Counted from the first letter of the stretch, positions 22,980-35,274 are shown. The stretch is 64,000 bases of DNA from Selaginella moellendorffii (GCF_000143415.4 NW_003314261.1:5358360-5422359); one strand, 5' to 3'. A program made the numbers and translations. The notes: generated from the sequence alone by a model not told the origin.

Positions 22980-24422
22980 GGTAGGGTGTCAAGAGAGTGG
23001 GGCTCTCGGGAGAGCTACGGCTCTCAGCTTCTGTTCACAAGGGTGTGAACTTGCAGGGAAGCGTGGTAGATTGTAAACAACCAAAGGGAACGACTTGAAA
23101 GATGATCCATGGGGTTCAAATATAGAGGGAAAGGGCCCATGAACAAGAGTGCACCCCCTTTTCCAATTAGTCAAGGGTCTTGGGATATTTGGGGTTAAGT
23201 GTCTTTGAGTTTGAATAGTACTGGGCTAGGTGACCTCCTAGGAAGTCCAAACTCAGAAGCTTACATATACATCATCCCCTACTCTCGAAATGATGGAAAA
23301 CCATTGTGGATTGGTCGGAATTTAAAAAAACATCAAGAAGAGGCATTAGTAGATTTATAGATGGTGTTAGTTGTTTTTTATTTCTTTGTACGATGCATTT
23401 TAGCCGTTACACATGTATAATTTCTAGAGGATTAACCTATTAGATATTATGCCGAACCTTATAACTTGCAGTCCTATTTGCCACAACACCCAATACAATC
23501 CTTTTCACTCAATAAGGAGCTTTTTAGATAAACAATGTACTATAAAATTAAAAAACAAACTAACATCAAGTTATCCACTTTGTACTTTTGTAAGTGGACA
23601 ATGATGGGAATTGTAATGTTATTATTATCCCACTTGTAAGTAGCCTAGGTTTTTGGTAGACTTTACTTAGATAAGTGGAAAAATGCTCATCAAATATTAA
23701 TCCTATAACTTAACATTAGCAACTTATGGCAATTGCAAAAATAAATCTAACTTCATTGGTAGTATTAGATCATGACCATATAAGAGTTTATATGGTGAAG
23801 AACCAATAGAATCTTACACCCCTGTAACATATGCATATAAAAAAGATGGCAAATAACCATCTTAATCCAAATGTTAAAAGTTCATATACTTCATGATCAT
23901 CCCTTTGAAGGAAAGTCTAAATGAGCTATTCCACCAAAGTGTCTAATTGTGGATGATAAACATTTGTGAAAGTGTGGTTTATCCCCAACAGAGATGTCAA
24001 AACATGAAATGCCTTAACCATAAATATAAAACTATTATCTGACAAAATCCACTCCAGAAACACCACTCAATGAAGGAGGAAGTATCCAATATCAATTGTA
24101 GACGCGCTAGCAAGAGCACCAACTTCCACCTAACAAATCAAGTAATCAAAAACAATAATGACATACTCATTACTAGCAATCCTTCGTGGAAAAGGTTTTA
24201 TTAGATCAAATGTCACTAACTCAAACGGATAGGAAACTATAATTAATTCCAACTGTCCTTCTGCAGCATAAAGGGGACTATTGCAAGCTTGGCACCAAAT
24301 GCAATTACGCACATACCAGATAATATTATATTGCATCTCCAGCCAATAAAAAGACCTATGTAACTTTTTGGTTACACGACAATGTCCTATATATCCACCT
24401 AAAATAGGAGAATTATAGTAGG

Positions 24423-24962
24423 TGTAGCGCATGTGATCATGGGATGAGATTTGGATATACTGTCACCGTGGATCCTTGGAACCTTGAGGGATAAATGGGG
24501 ATAAAATAGCCACTAAGAGCTCTCTCATCAAGCAATTGCCCCTTTTCTAGTTGGTTTAAGGGGAGAGAGATAAGGTGTGTTACAGTTGGTATCGGAGCAA
24601 ATAGCACAGGTTTGATTCCCATTGATACTTAAAAGTATAATATACCCTTGAGCAAGGTATATTCCTACCCCTAAATTTGAAATCGTACGTATTGGGCATC
24701 CATGTGGACGTCCTTCCTCTTGTGTGGAGTATCCACGGACGAATGTATCCATCGTGGGACTGCGGTACGGGTGGATGACTAGTTGCCTCACATGGAATAG
24801 CTAGTCTACACAATAGAAAGATTGGTAGATTGAGTGTGGAAATGGAGGTGTTGGTTCCCCTTGGATTAGTAGGGGTTGTTAGTCAATAGCCACTAAGCTC
24901 TCTCATCAAGCAATTGCCCCTTTTCCAATTGGCTTAAGGGGAGAGAGATAAGGTGCGCTACA
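24423..24962 (+). mobile_element. 540-bp TRIM-like element inserted in the integrase of the decayed gypsy
   Basis: TSD GTAGG on both sides. Termini tgtagcgca...tgcgctaca (9-bp inverted). PBS tggtatcggagc at ~24587. An ~80-bp direct repeat (aatagccactaag...ctaca) at ~24504-24584 and ~24885-24962. Confidence 0.82.
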
Positions 24963-27900
24963 GTAGGTGTGGAGAAAGTATGGAATAAAGATTGAAGGCA
25001 TCACCAGTCATAAATAATCATCAAGATTTGTTCCCACAAAATAAAAAAGACCGTCCTCAAAGTAATATTGTGAATATAAATGCCAAAATGGCAAATCATT
25101 AGCAAGTGATGTAGAATTCTCAAACCCATAATGAAGCCTTCAAATCCACAACTCAATCTTTTAAGCTTTACAAACCTCGTCAAAAGAAGGTAAATCATGT
25201 TTTGCACCTTGTGAATATTAAATATTAAGTACAGCTGCTACCAATGGCATAGAATCCTTGTCTAAAAAATCACAAATGTTAGAATAATAAGCTCATAAAA
25301 AAACATAAGAAAAGAGTAAAGAAGGAAGAGGAGCTCGAAAAAGGGCATTAACATTAGCCATAAAACTCCCTAAGGGATGAACAACATCAAAATTATATAT
25401 TTTAAGGTTTAAAGCCTATCGAGTAGTAAGACCAATAAAGTTTTTCTACTTCAATAATGAAGTAATTACAATATAATCCCCTTTTAGTAATGTCCAATAT
25501 GTATGAAATTTCTCGAAACCCCAAGTTGTTGCTAAACACTCCTTCTCTATCGTGGAGTAATTCACCTTTGTTGGTTGTAATGTACATTTGATATATGCAA
25601 TGGGATGGCATTGACTAAACACACTTGCATCAACACACCTCCAAGACTGATATCAAAAGCATCCATAAGTAAAATGAAAGCTCAAGTGTAATCTAGATAT
25701 ACCAAAACATAAGGAGTTGTCAATACCTTTTTGACATGCATAAACACCCACTCACAGTCCACAGACTAGATGAAAAATGACATTAACGACTTCATTAATG
25801 TCTGAATTGGTGTAATGCGATCAAAAAAATGATCAACAAAATGATCAAAATATTGCACCTTGCCCAAAAAGTACTGCATATTATTCACACATTTCATAGT
25901 AGGGAACTTTAGAACATACATAAGCTTATCATGATCAACTTACAAGCCCTTATAAGAAATACAGTATCTAGTTATATTGTGTCCTTGGACCCAAATATGC
26001 ACTTTGACCACTTCAACTTTAAACCAACTTCTCATAACTAATCTAACACCTTATGAATATTACAGATGTATTCTCCTATGTCCCCTTTGAGTGGATCAAG
26101 ACATTATAGATGAAGTTAGCAATCATCTCTGGCATGTTATAAAAAACCTCATCTAACATTCATTAGAAAGTCACTAGAACATTATTCAAACCAAACGACA
26201 TCACCAAGAACTTGTACAAACTAAATGATATAAAAAGTAGTGTTAGGAATATCTTTTTTGGCCATTAACACTTGCCAATACCTAGAAACAAGATCTAACT
26301 TAGTGAACTAATGACTTCTCTCCAAACGATCCAAGAGATCAGCAATATGAGGAAGAGGGTACACATCCAAGATCATCACTTTATTTAATGGATGATATTC
26401 AATGTAAAAATAAATACTCCTATTAGGCTTTATCACAAGATGAGGTTCACATGCCCAAAGATTTTACAACTTTTGAATAACACCCTTTTTTAACATCTCC
26501 TTGACATTTATATGTAAAATTTTGACTTCTTTTGGTAACCAATGATGAATAGGAACATTGATTGAACTAGCATCCCCAATTGGAATAGGATGATATGTTG
26601 CATTCTTAGACCCAGATGAAAATCAAATTATAAGAGATTGATATACTCTTTCATAAACTAGTCAACCGTTATAACACAAAGACCGTCGGAAGGATTAGAA
26701 GAGGGAATGGAGGAACAAAATGGAAATATAAAACGAAATAATGGGGAAACAAAAGTGATGGAAGTAGAGGTAAAAACAAAGGGATAGAGAAGAACAAAAG
26801 TGAAAAGTATGGAGAAAATATAAAAAAGTATAAGACAAGGGGAAAAAGCCTCAAAGTTATATTTGGCATAATTGCGTTGCAATCAATCCATACCAAGGAT
26901 GAAGTCAAAAGTATTGCTCACAATGACTAAAGCTCAAACTTGAAATCGCCCATACACACAACTAAGTGTACTTCATCCACTTTTTTTATTTCACACATTT
27001 TTTAAAAATGCTATGGTTATGTAGTTATATATATAATTTCTTCCTCTTGTACCATCTTGTGAAAGCATTGTGTGATTAAGCATGGATACTTAGATCCAAA
27101 AAGAATTCTCAAATTAGAGTTTTACAAAAAAGGAAAAGAGTGTGGAGTATACATTGCTCTTTAGAAGTTTTGTTTAACTAATAAATCTTTCAACAATGTT
27201 TATTATTCCACAATAAATACTATAGAGCTCTTTATTTTTGGAAAGGATTAGCATATGTTTGCATTGTCTAGAGCTCTCATTAAGAAGATAAAAAGAAATG
27301 CCCTTAAGATCTAGAAAGCAAGTTGAGCTTAAAGGTCTATTTCTTCTTACCATTTGTTCTCTTTTGATTGATTTTTAATCTTGGTTTCCTTTTAGAGCAT
27401 AAGCTCAAATTCATGATAATATGTGGATTATAAAGTTTGATTTAAATATCTTATACCAAGGCTATTTATCCTTCATATTAAGAAATAATCTAAGGGTTTT
27501 TAGGGCACTAGACGACGATTAAAGATTGTAGCGATGAGAAGATTATGAACTAATTATGTATAAGGTAGTTTTATCTGCACCTAATTTGGAGTTTCTATGC
27601 CATTCAAGTTGTGAAAAGATGTAAAACCATATGGTTTTATTTATAATTTTTAGAAAACTTTTTTTATTATATATGAAACTCTTTTTTTTTAAGAAACTTT
27701 ATACACCACCACCTAGTGAACAAGAGGGATTTATTGAATAAAATATAGAGATTGAAAGTGAATTTGGGGAAGTTTCACCATTTTGGAGTGGTTATGAGAG
27801 GTTTATTGCTTAGAGCTGTTATAAAAGTATGGAATATTGAGGTGGAAAACTATATATAGTTTTATGCGGTTTTCAGTATAATTTTTATTTTTAAAAAGTT

Positions 27901-29039
27901 TGGTTTTCCATGTGTGTCATCAGGCTGTGGGGGTTTTTCAATTTGATCAATATTTTGTCATAATATAGTAAAGGTGAAGAAATTCAAGTGCTAAATCTAA
28001 CGATCCAAGTAATTCTTACAATTACAACTACCAAGAAAAGGGAAAAATAGTTTTTCTTCCACCATTTTTTCCATTTTCTTTCATATTTTTCTTCTTTTCT
28101 TTTTGGGTTTCCAAGAATGCTTGATTCAAAGCTAAGAAATTACATTTATGAGCTATATGTTGTTGGTGTTCTAACAATTTTTCTTGAACAGATTGTAGCC
28201 AATGTTACATTGATAATTTTATAGAGTTGTGTCAATTCTATAGTTGCTAGATGACTTTCTTGCATCCTTTTGAAAGAAAAACAAAAATAGAAAACTTGCT
28301 TTGACAAGTATCTAGAATTCAATAGACAAGATGGGGGTAATCAAGATTTGTAGAGCAATGAAGAATCTTATATAGTTTTTTTTCTTGGTTAAATTATATG
28401 GTTTTCCATTTTACTCTTAATTCTATAGTATAGAGAGTAGACTCTTGCTTGACACAATTGCAAAGCAAGAGACATAGAAGTATTTTAGACAAAGAATCTT
28501 TATTGAATAAAAGGTGATTGTCCACTAGTGTGAATTGTTGTGGTGCTCCTAACCGAGCATAGAAATGTCATGCAACACCAAGCACAATAATAAGAAATGA
28601 AATTGCAAAGACCTTCCACTAGCAATCAATGGAATGAATTTATAACATGAGTTATTGCAAGCATTCTTGAACTATAATGACATATACAATTGAAATATTC
28701 AACATTGAAAGTATATATGGTCACAAATTTAATGATTATATCTACTATATTATTGAGCAAAAGTCCTAGTGGAAGAAAAACCAAAACAGAAGAAGTTTTA
28801 AAGTATGTCATTACTTTGGTGGTATCTCCAGAAGCATGGGTGACAAATATTTAGGACAACAATACTTCAACTATTCAAGAGGGTGAAGGATTTTATAAGT
28901 TATCAGAATGCATGTAAAAACTATATAGTTTTTACAAGTCATAAATACATATAATACTGTAAAAAACTATGTCTCTAATTTTAAACTGCATGAAAAACTA
29001 TATTTCAAATGTTATAACTGACTATATAATACAATTATC

Positions 29040-29333
<294 letters not shown>

Positions 29334-29357
29334 ATTTTATATTTATATATATTTTTT

Positions 29358-29457
29358 NNNNNNNNNNNNNNNNNNNNNNNNNNNNNNNNNNNNNNNNNNN
29401 NNNNNNNNNNNNNNNNNNNNNNNNNNNNNNNNNNNNNNNNNNNNNNNNNNNNNNNNN
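29358..29457. other. Assembly gap (100 N)
   Basis: Run of N. Confidence 0.99.
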
Positions 29458-30439
29458 TATATTATTTATATTAAAAACCACAAAGAACACTATAATGGTA
29501 TCATATTATACAATGAAACAATACACAAAACTAGATCAAGCAATATTTAAAAAACTATTACATAACCATTTGAAACCCTATACAAAGAAACTATATACAT
29601 AACTAGATCATATAGTTTAATCCTATATAGTGTAAAGTGTTATGTATGTTCTTTATTTTTTTATGAATAGCCATATGTTGTGGAGCACCAATATGATTAA
29701 GCCTCAGATATAATAGTAAAAATAGTGTTTCTGGATAAAGATAATAGAGGAACATATGCAACTTCAAACAATACACTCTTTAATCTACAAGAGTGTGATA
29801 TTTAAAAGGAAGTGAATGTAATGAAAAGAGCAAATATAAACACAGTGATAACAAAAAATTTAGATTTAACAAAAATCTACAATAAATTTAGATCTAAAGA
29901 AGAACAAAATAACTAAAACAAAAAGTACAATCTCAAACACTAGAGTAATACATTACTAGAAAACTTTGTCTTCTAAGGATAATATATAATACTCTTCACC
30001 TCTTTGAGATTTGGGAATAGGTATTTTAATTGGTTATATAAAAAAATGGATGAACTAAATTAAGTTTCAATTAGACAGTTAACTACTATAATTAATATAT
30101 TTTCTTTGTAGTATTATGTATGTTCCAAACCTTACTATATAATAATATTAAATAAATAGGTTTACTTAATTTCTTATAATAATATAACACAAATTTAACT
30201 GGGTTATGATTGAGACTTTAAGAATTTATATACTGTGAGTGCATGGAATATGGAAAGGGAATACAGAAATGTGCATATCAATTAACCCAAAAACCCTAGC
30301 TTATATACAGGAGCGAGTGGTCCGGATTGAAACCAATCCGACGGCTACCAAAATCCACTACGCTAATATTAGTATACGGCATCGTAGCCGTACACTTGGC
30401 CCTCACATCATCCCCTCCTCTCGGAATAATGGAAGGCCG

Positions 30440-33400
30440 TCAGGGTTCTCTTGTAGATGGGCCGGGATCTGGAGGAACGTCAGGAGGAGGCATCGGTGGA
30501 TCTGTAGACGGTATTAACTGCTCCTGATCCCTCTGTATGAAGCATTTTAACCGCTGCACATGCACAATCTCTGGAGGATCGGCCTGCTGAACGTCATGCC
30601 GAACCTCATAAACTTGTGGTCCAACTTGCCGCAACACCCGATACGGTCCTTTCCACTGCGCAAGGAGCCCCTTAGATAAACCACGTACCGTAAGATGGGG
30701 AAAACGGACTAACACCAAATCATCCACTTTGTACTCCGCTGGTGGACGATGATGGGAATTGTAGCGCCGTTGTTGTCCCACTTGTACGCGGCCTAAGTGT
30801 TCAGCAGACTCTGCTCGGACAAGTGGAAGAATGCTTGTCAAATATTGATCCCATGACCTAGCATCAGGAGCTCGTGGCAATCGCGAAGGTAAACCTAGCT
30901 CTGTTGGTAATATTGGATCATGACCATATAGAAGTTTATATGGTGAAGCACCAACAGAACTCTGCACCCCTGTGACATAAGCATACCGAAGAGACGGCAA
31001 ATAACCATCCCAATCCGAATGTTGAAAGTTCATATACTTCGCAATCATCCCTTTGAATGTCCGAACGAGCCGTTCCACCAGACTGTCTGATTGTGGATGA
31101 TAAGCACTCGTAAAAGTGTGGCGTATCCCCAACTGAGATGTCAAAACATGAAATACCTCAGCCATAAATGCAGGACCATTATCCGAAAGAATCCGTTCTG
31201 GACAAGAATGCTGGAACACCACTCGATTGAGGAGGAAGTATCCAACAGCAGTTGCAGAGGCACTAGCAAGAGCACCAAGTTCCACCCAATGAGTCAAGTA
31301 GTCAGAAGCAATAATAACATACTCATTACCAGCAGTCGATCGCAGAAAAGGTCCCATAAGATCAAATGCCACCAACTCAAACGGACGAGAAACTGCAATT
31401 GACTCCAACCGTCCTTCCGCAGCACAAGGGGGAGTATTACGAGCTTGGCACCAAACGCAGCTACGCACATACCGGATAATATCACGTCGCATCTCTGGCC
31501 AATAGAAAGATCTGCGCAACTTCTCGGTGACACGACGGTGTCCCATATGCCCACCTAGAATAGGAGAATCATGGTAGGCATGGAGAAACCGCGGAATAAA
31601 CACCGAAGGCACCACCAGCCGTAAATGAGCATCAGGATCCGTCCCCACAAAATAAAGAAGGCCATCTTCAAGGCGATATTGAGAATGTAAATGCCGAAAA
31701 GGCAAGTCATCAGCAAGTGATGCAAGATTCTCAAACCCATCTCGAAGCCTTCGAATCCACGGCTCAATCTTTTGAGCCTCATGAACCTCATCCAGAGAAG
31801 GTAGATTTTGCTCTACGCCCTGTGGACACTGAACGTCAAGGACAGCAACCGCCGACGGCACAAAATCCTCATCTAGAAAATCCACAGATGCTGGAACAAC
31901 AGGTTCGTCAGAAACATGAGAAGTGAGTGGAGAAGGAAGAGGAGCTCGAGAAAGGGCATCAGCATCAGCCATAGAACTCCCTGGGCGATGAACAACATCG
32001 AAATCATATATCTGAAGCTTCAAAGCCCATCGAGCCGTACGACCAACCAGGTTCTTCCGCTTCAATAATGAAGTAACAGCAGCATGGTCACCTTCAAGTA
32101 ACGTCCGAGAACCATGTAGATAGGCATGAAGTTTCTCGAAACCCCAGACTGCTGCTAAACACTCCTTCTCCGTCGTGGAGTAGTTCATCTCCGCTGGTTG
32201 TAATGTACGGCTTATGTATGCAATGGGATGGCGCTGACCAGGCACACTCGAGCTCTCTTGCATCAACACACCTCCAAGACCAATGTCAGAAGCATCCACG
32301 TGCAAAATAAAAGGTCGAGTGTAGTCAGGATATGCCAAAACCGGAGGAGTCGTCAATAGCTCTTTGAGATTCACGAACGCCCGCTCACAATCGGGAGACC
32401 AGATGAAAGATGACGTTGATGACTTTAGCAACGCTCGCAATGGTAAAGTGCGATCGGAAAGATGATCCACAAAACGACCGAGATACTGCACCTTACCCAA
32501 AAAGCGCTGCACATCATTCACACACTTCGGAGTAGGGAACTTTAGAACAGCCACAAGTTTTTCAGGATCAACTTGCAAACCCTCACGAGAAATACGGTAC
32601 CCAAGATAAGTTGTGTCCTTGGACCCAAACACGCACTTCGACCGCTTCAGCTTTAAACCAACGTCGCGTAGCCGATCCAACACTTTACAAACATCATGAA
32701 CATGCTCCTCCCACGTCCCCTCCGAGTGGATCAAGACATCATCAATGAAGTCAGCCGTCACCTCCGGCATATCGCAAAGAACCTCGTCCATCATTCGCTG
32801 AAAAGTTGCTGGAGCATTGTTCAAACCAAACGGCATCACCAAAAACTCGTACAAACCAAATGGTGTACGAAAAGTAGTCTTAAGAATATCATCTTCAGCC
32901 ATCGGTACTTGCCAATACCCAGAAGCAAGATCTAGTTTGGTGAACCAACGACTTCGCCCCAGACGATCCAAGAGATCAGCAGTGTGAGGAAGAGGGTACA
33001 CGTCTGAGATCGTCACTTCATTTAACGGACGATAATCGATGCAGAAATGAATACTCCCATCAGGCTTCGTCACAAGACGAGGTTCACATGCCAAAGGACT
33101 CCGTGACTTCCGAATAACACCCTTCTCCAACATCTCCTTGACGTTTGCACGTAAAATCTTGATCTCTTTGGGTGACCGACGACGAACAGGAACCTTGATT
33201 GGACGAGCATCCCCGGTTGGAATGGGATGACGTGTGGCAATCTTGGCCCCAGACGATAGGTCAAATTCAAAGAGATCAGAATACTCCTTCATGAGCTGGT
33301 CAATAGCTGCAACACAAAGATCATCGGAGGGATCGGAAAAGGGAAGAGCAGAACAAGATGGAAACACAAGAGGAAATAATAGGGGAACAAAAGTAATGGA

Positions 33401-33928
33401 AACAGAGGTAGAAGTAGAGGGACGAAGAGGTACGGAAGTGAGAGGAATGGATGAAACATAAGGAAGTATGAGACAAGGGGGAAAAGCCTCAAAGTCACAC
33501 TTGGCATGATTGTGCTGCAACTAATCCATACCAAGAATGAGGTCAAAAGCTTGACTCGGCATCACCCGCAACGACTGCAACTCAAGCTCGAGATCGCCCA
33601 CACGCACAACCAGGTCCGCCTCATCTCGTGCACATGCATGTGTACGGCCGTTGCCATAAAGAATGAAAACTGGATCCGCCGCACGACGCAAGTGTAGACG
33701 ACAACGTGTGGCAACAGGTCGAGCAATAGAAGATAAACTCGAACATGTATCAACCAACACGGAGAGAAGAATAGGAGACCTCTTGTTATAAAAACGAGCT
33801 TGGAAAGTAAACACTGGATGAACCGGTGCCGAGTGAACCCCTTGATGATACTCCCGAAAGAAAGATGGAGGGGTCACTAACTTATTCGCGCAAGGTCCCT
33901 CCATTACTCGCGCGACTCCTCGTTTCCC
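30440..33928 (-). pseudogene. pol: Pol (PR-RT-RNase H-IN) in the -1 frame relative to gag, with one premature TAG at 33521-33523
   Basis: LVDTCSS (protease), LILGMD*L, FCIDYRPLN, LDLASGYWQ, MPFGLNNAPATFQ, FIDD, VDASDIGLG, HHCC, FDLMGP/SDNG/LVER, WKGPYRV. Confidence 0.92.
33865..33928 (-). other. Programmed -1 ribosomal frameshift signal: slippery heptamer plus H-type pseudoknot
   Basis: Minus strand reads G GGA AAC gaggag TCGCGCGAG ta ATGGAGGG ac CTTGCGCGA ataagttagtgac CCCTCCAT. Confidence 0.85.
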
Positions 33929-34836
33929 GAATGCACCTCGGTATCTAAACCTTCCACCGCAGCAGCACCAACGGGACGTTGCTGACGCCAAGGTCTCCAC
34001 CCAGGAAATGGAGGTCGCCAATCCGGAAAGCGCCGACAACGCCGATAAGTATGACCAACTTCATCACACGCCCAGCAACGAATGTCACGGCCACGACCAC
34101 GTCCTCGCCCTTGTCCTTGGACTCGAGTAACAGCAGCATCAACCTCCATGGGAACAGGACCATCACTCATAGGAAGTGGAGCTGAAGGACGTGTAGCAAG
34201 AAGTGGAAGAGGCGACATCTCATAACGTTGTGCCAAGCGAAGAGCATCGTCAAGAGTGGCAGGAGCAAGTGCATGCACAAGTCCGACAAGATCTTGACGA
34301 AGTGCTGGCCACAGCATTCTTAGCTTGATCCGCTCCGACATATTTGGCTCCGCACGAAGCAAAAGACTTTGGAAACGAACGCCAAATTGCATCACCGACT
34401 CAGATGGCCCTTGGCGAAGACGATGCAATTGTTGGAAGGCATCATCACAATCGTCGGCGTGTCCAAAGGCGCGTTTGAAGACGTCCGGAAGAACACTCCA
34501 ATCGCCACGAGTAGCTGCGCTCAATCCATTGTACCACTGCAATGCCGTCCCTTGAAGACATGTGGGGAACTCACGCAAATGTCGAGCATCATCCCAAGAA
34601 TGATATGTGGCAATCACCGTGAAGTGATCGAACCAATGGTACACATCATCCCCAGGATTCCCACGAAAGAACTCCGGCCGAACGCAAGGATTGGCACCAA
34701 AAGCAGGAGGAGTTGTACCATGTGCCGTGAACGCCGCCATCAACTGAGTTTGGTTGTTCAATTGCAGGCGCATAGCATCAAGCAATTGAACCACCTGCTG
34801 CTCTAGAGTCAAAGGAGGAGATTGCAGATCAGCCAT
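33904..34836 (-). CDS. gag: Retrotransposon Gag (capsid plus CCHC zinc knuckle)
   Basis: PEFFRG...WFDHF, LQGTALQWY, LRQGPSESVMQF, CWACDEVGHTYRRC. Confidence 0.93.
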   Translation of the reverse strand: MADLQSPPLTLEQQVVQLLDAMRLQLNNQTQLMAAFTAHGTTPPAFGANPCVRPEFFRGNPGDDVYHWFDHFTVIATYHSWDDARHLREFPTCLQGTALQWYNGLSAATRGDWSVLPDVFKRAFGHADDCDDAFQQLHRLRQGPSESVMQFGVRFQSLLLRAEPNMSERIKLRMLWPALRQDLVGLVHALAPATLDDALRLAQRYEMSPLPLLATRPSAPLPMSDGPVPMEVDAAVTRVQGQGRGRGRGRDIRCWACDEVGHTYRRCRRFPDWRPPFPGWRPWRQQRPVGAAAVEGLDTEVHSGNEESRE

Positions 34837-35240
34837 GAAAATGAATGAGAAAGAAAGAGCAAAAGAAGAGAAATGACAAAAAGCTGGAAAGAAATGGTAG
34901 ATCTAGACAATGCAAAAAGCTAGATCTAAACCAAAATCCTGAAAGGAAAGAACAAAAGAAAGGAAATGGAAAAAGCTAGATCTAGACAATGCAAAAGCTA
35001 GATCTAAACCGAAATCCCAAATCCAAGCACTCCCCAAGGACAATCAAAGGTGCCCCTCAACTCCACCAATGTGAGTGCATGGAATATGGAAAGGGAATAC
35101 AGAAATGTGCATATCAATTAACCCAAAAACCCTAGTTTATATACAGGAGCGAGTGGTCCGGATTGAAACCAATCCAATGGCTACCAAAATCCACTACGCT
35201 AATATTAGTATACGGCATCGTAGCCGTACACTTGGCCCTC

Positions 35241-35274
<34 letters not shown>

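Larger units (their letters stand above)
13705..23265 (+). mobile_element. Cassandra-type TRIM with 5S rRNA-derived LTRs, ~590 bp when the nested LARD is removed
   Basis: LTRs 13705-13897 and 23072-23265 (termini tgtaaac...gtttaca, 5' copy TG>TA). PBS tggtatcagag (tRNA-iMet) at ~13900. Flanks tgtac/tatac (TSD, 1 mismatch). Each LTR has a gapless match to the 5S internal control region. Confidence 0.88.
13575..26978 (-). mobile_element. Old, decayed Ty3/gypsy copy of the same family as 30234-35243; 3' LTR plus pol remnants, gag and 5' LTR missing; host to nested insertions
   Basis: 13575-13704 aligns to the LTR at 30234. 23271-26978 (minus the 24423-24962 insert) is colinear with 30406-33630 and carries many C>T/G>A changes. 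ORF fragments SPILGGYIGH...FYW and FELVTFDLI. Confidence 0.9.
30234..35243 (-). mobile_element. Young full-length Ty3/gypsy LTR retrotransposon without a chromodomain, 5.0 kb
   Basis: 174-bp LTRs at 30234-30407 and 35070-35243 differ at 3 positions. PBS tggtggagttgagggg (tRNA-Ala-like) at ~35053-35068. PPT gagaggaggggatga. Domain order gag-PR-RT-RH-IN. Confidence 0.96.

Noticed and set aside
27000-28960. Possible decayed DNA transposon in AT-rich DNA
   Set aside because: No terminal repeats or convincing transposase motif visible by eye.
30229-35250. TSD for the young gypsy
   Set aside because: Flanks tatac and atata do not match exactly, and the adjacent TA run makes any call ambiguous.
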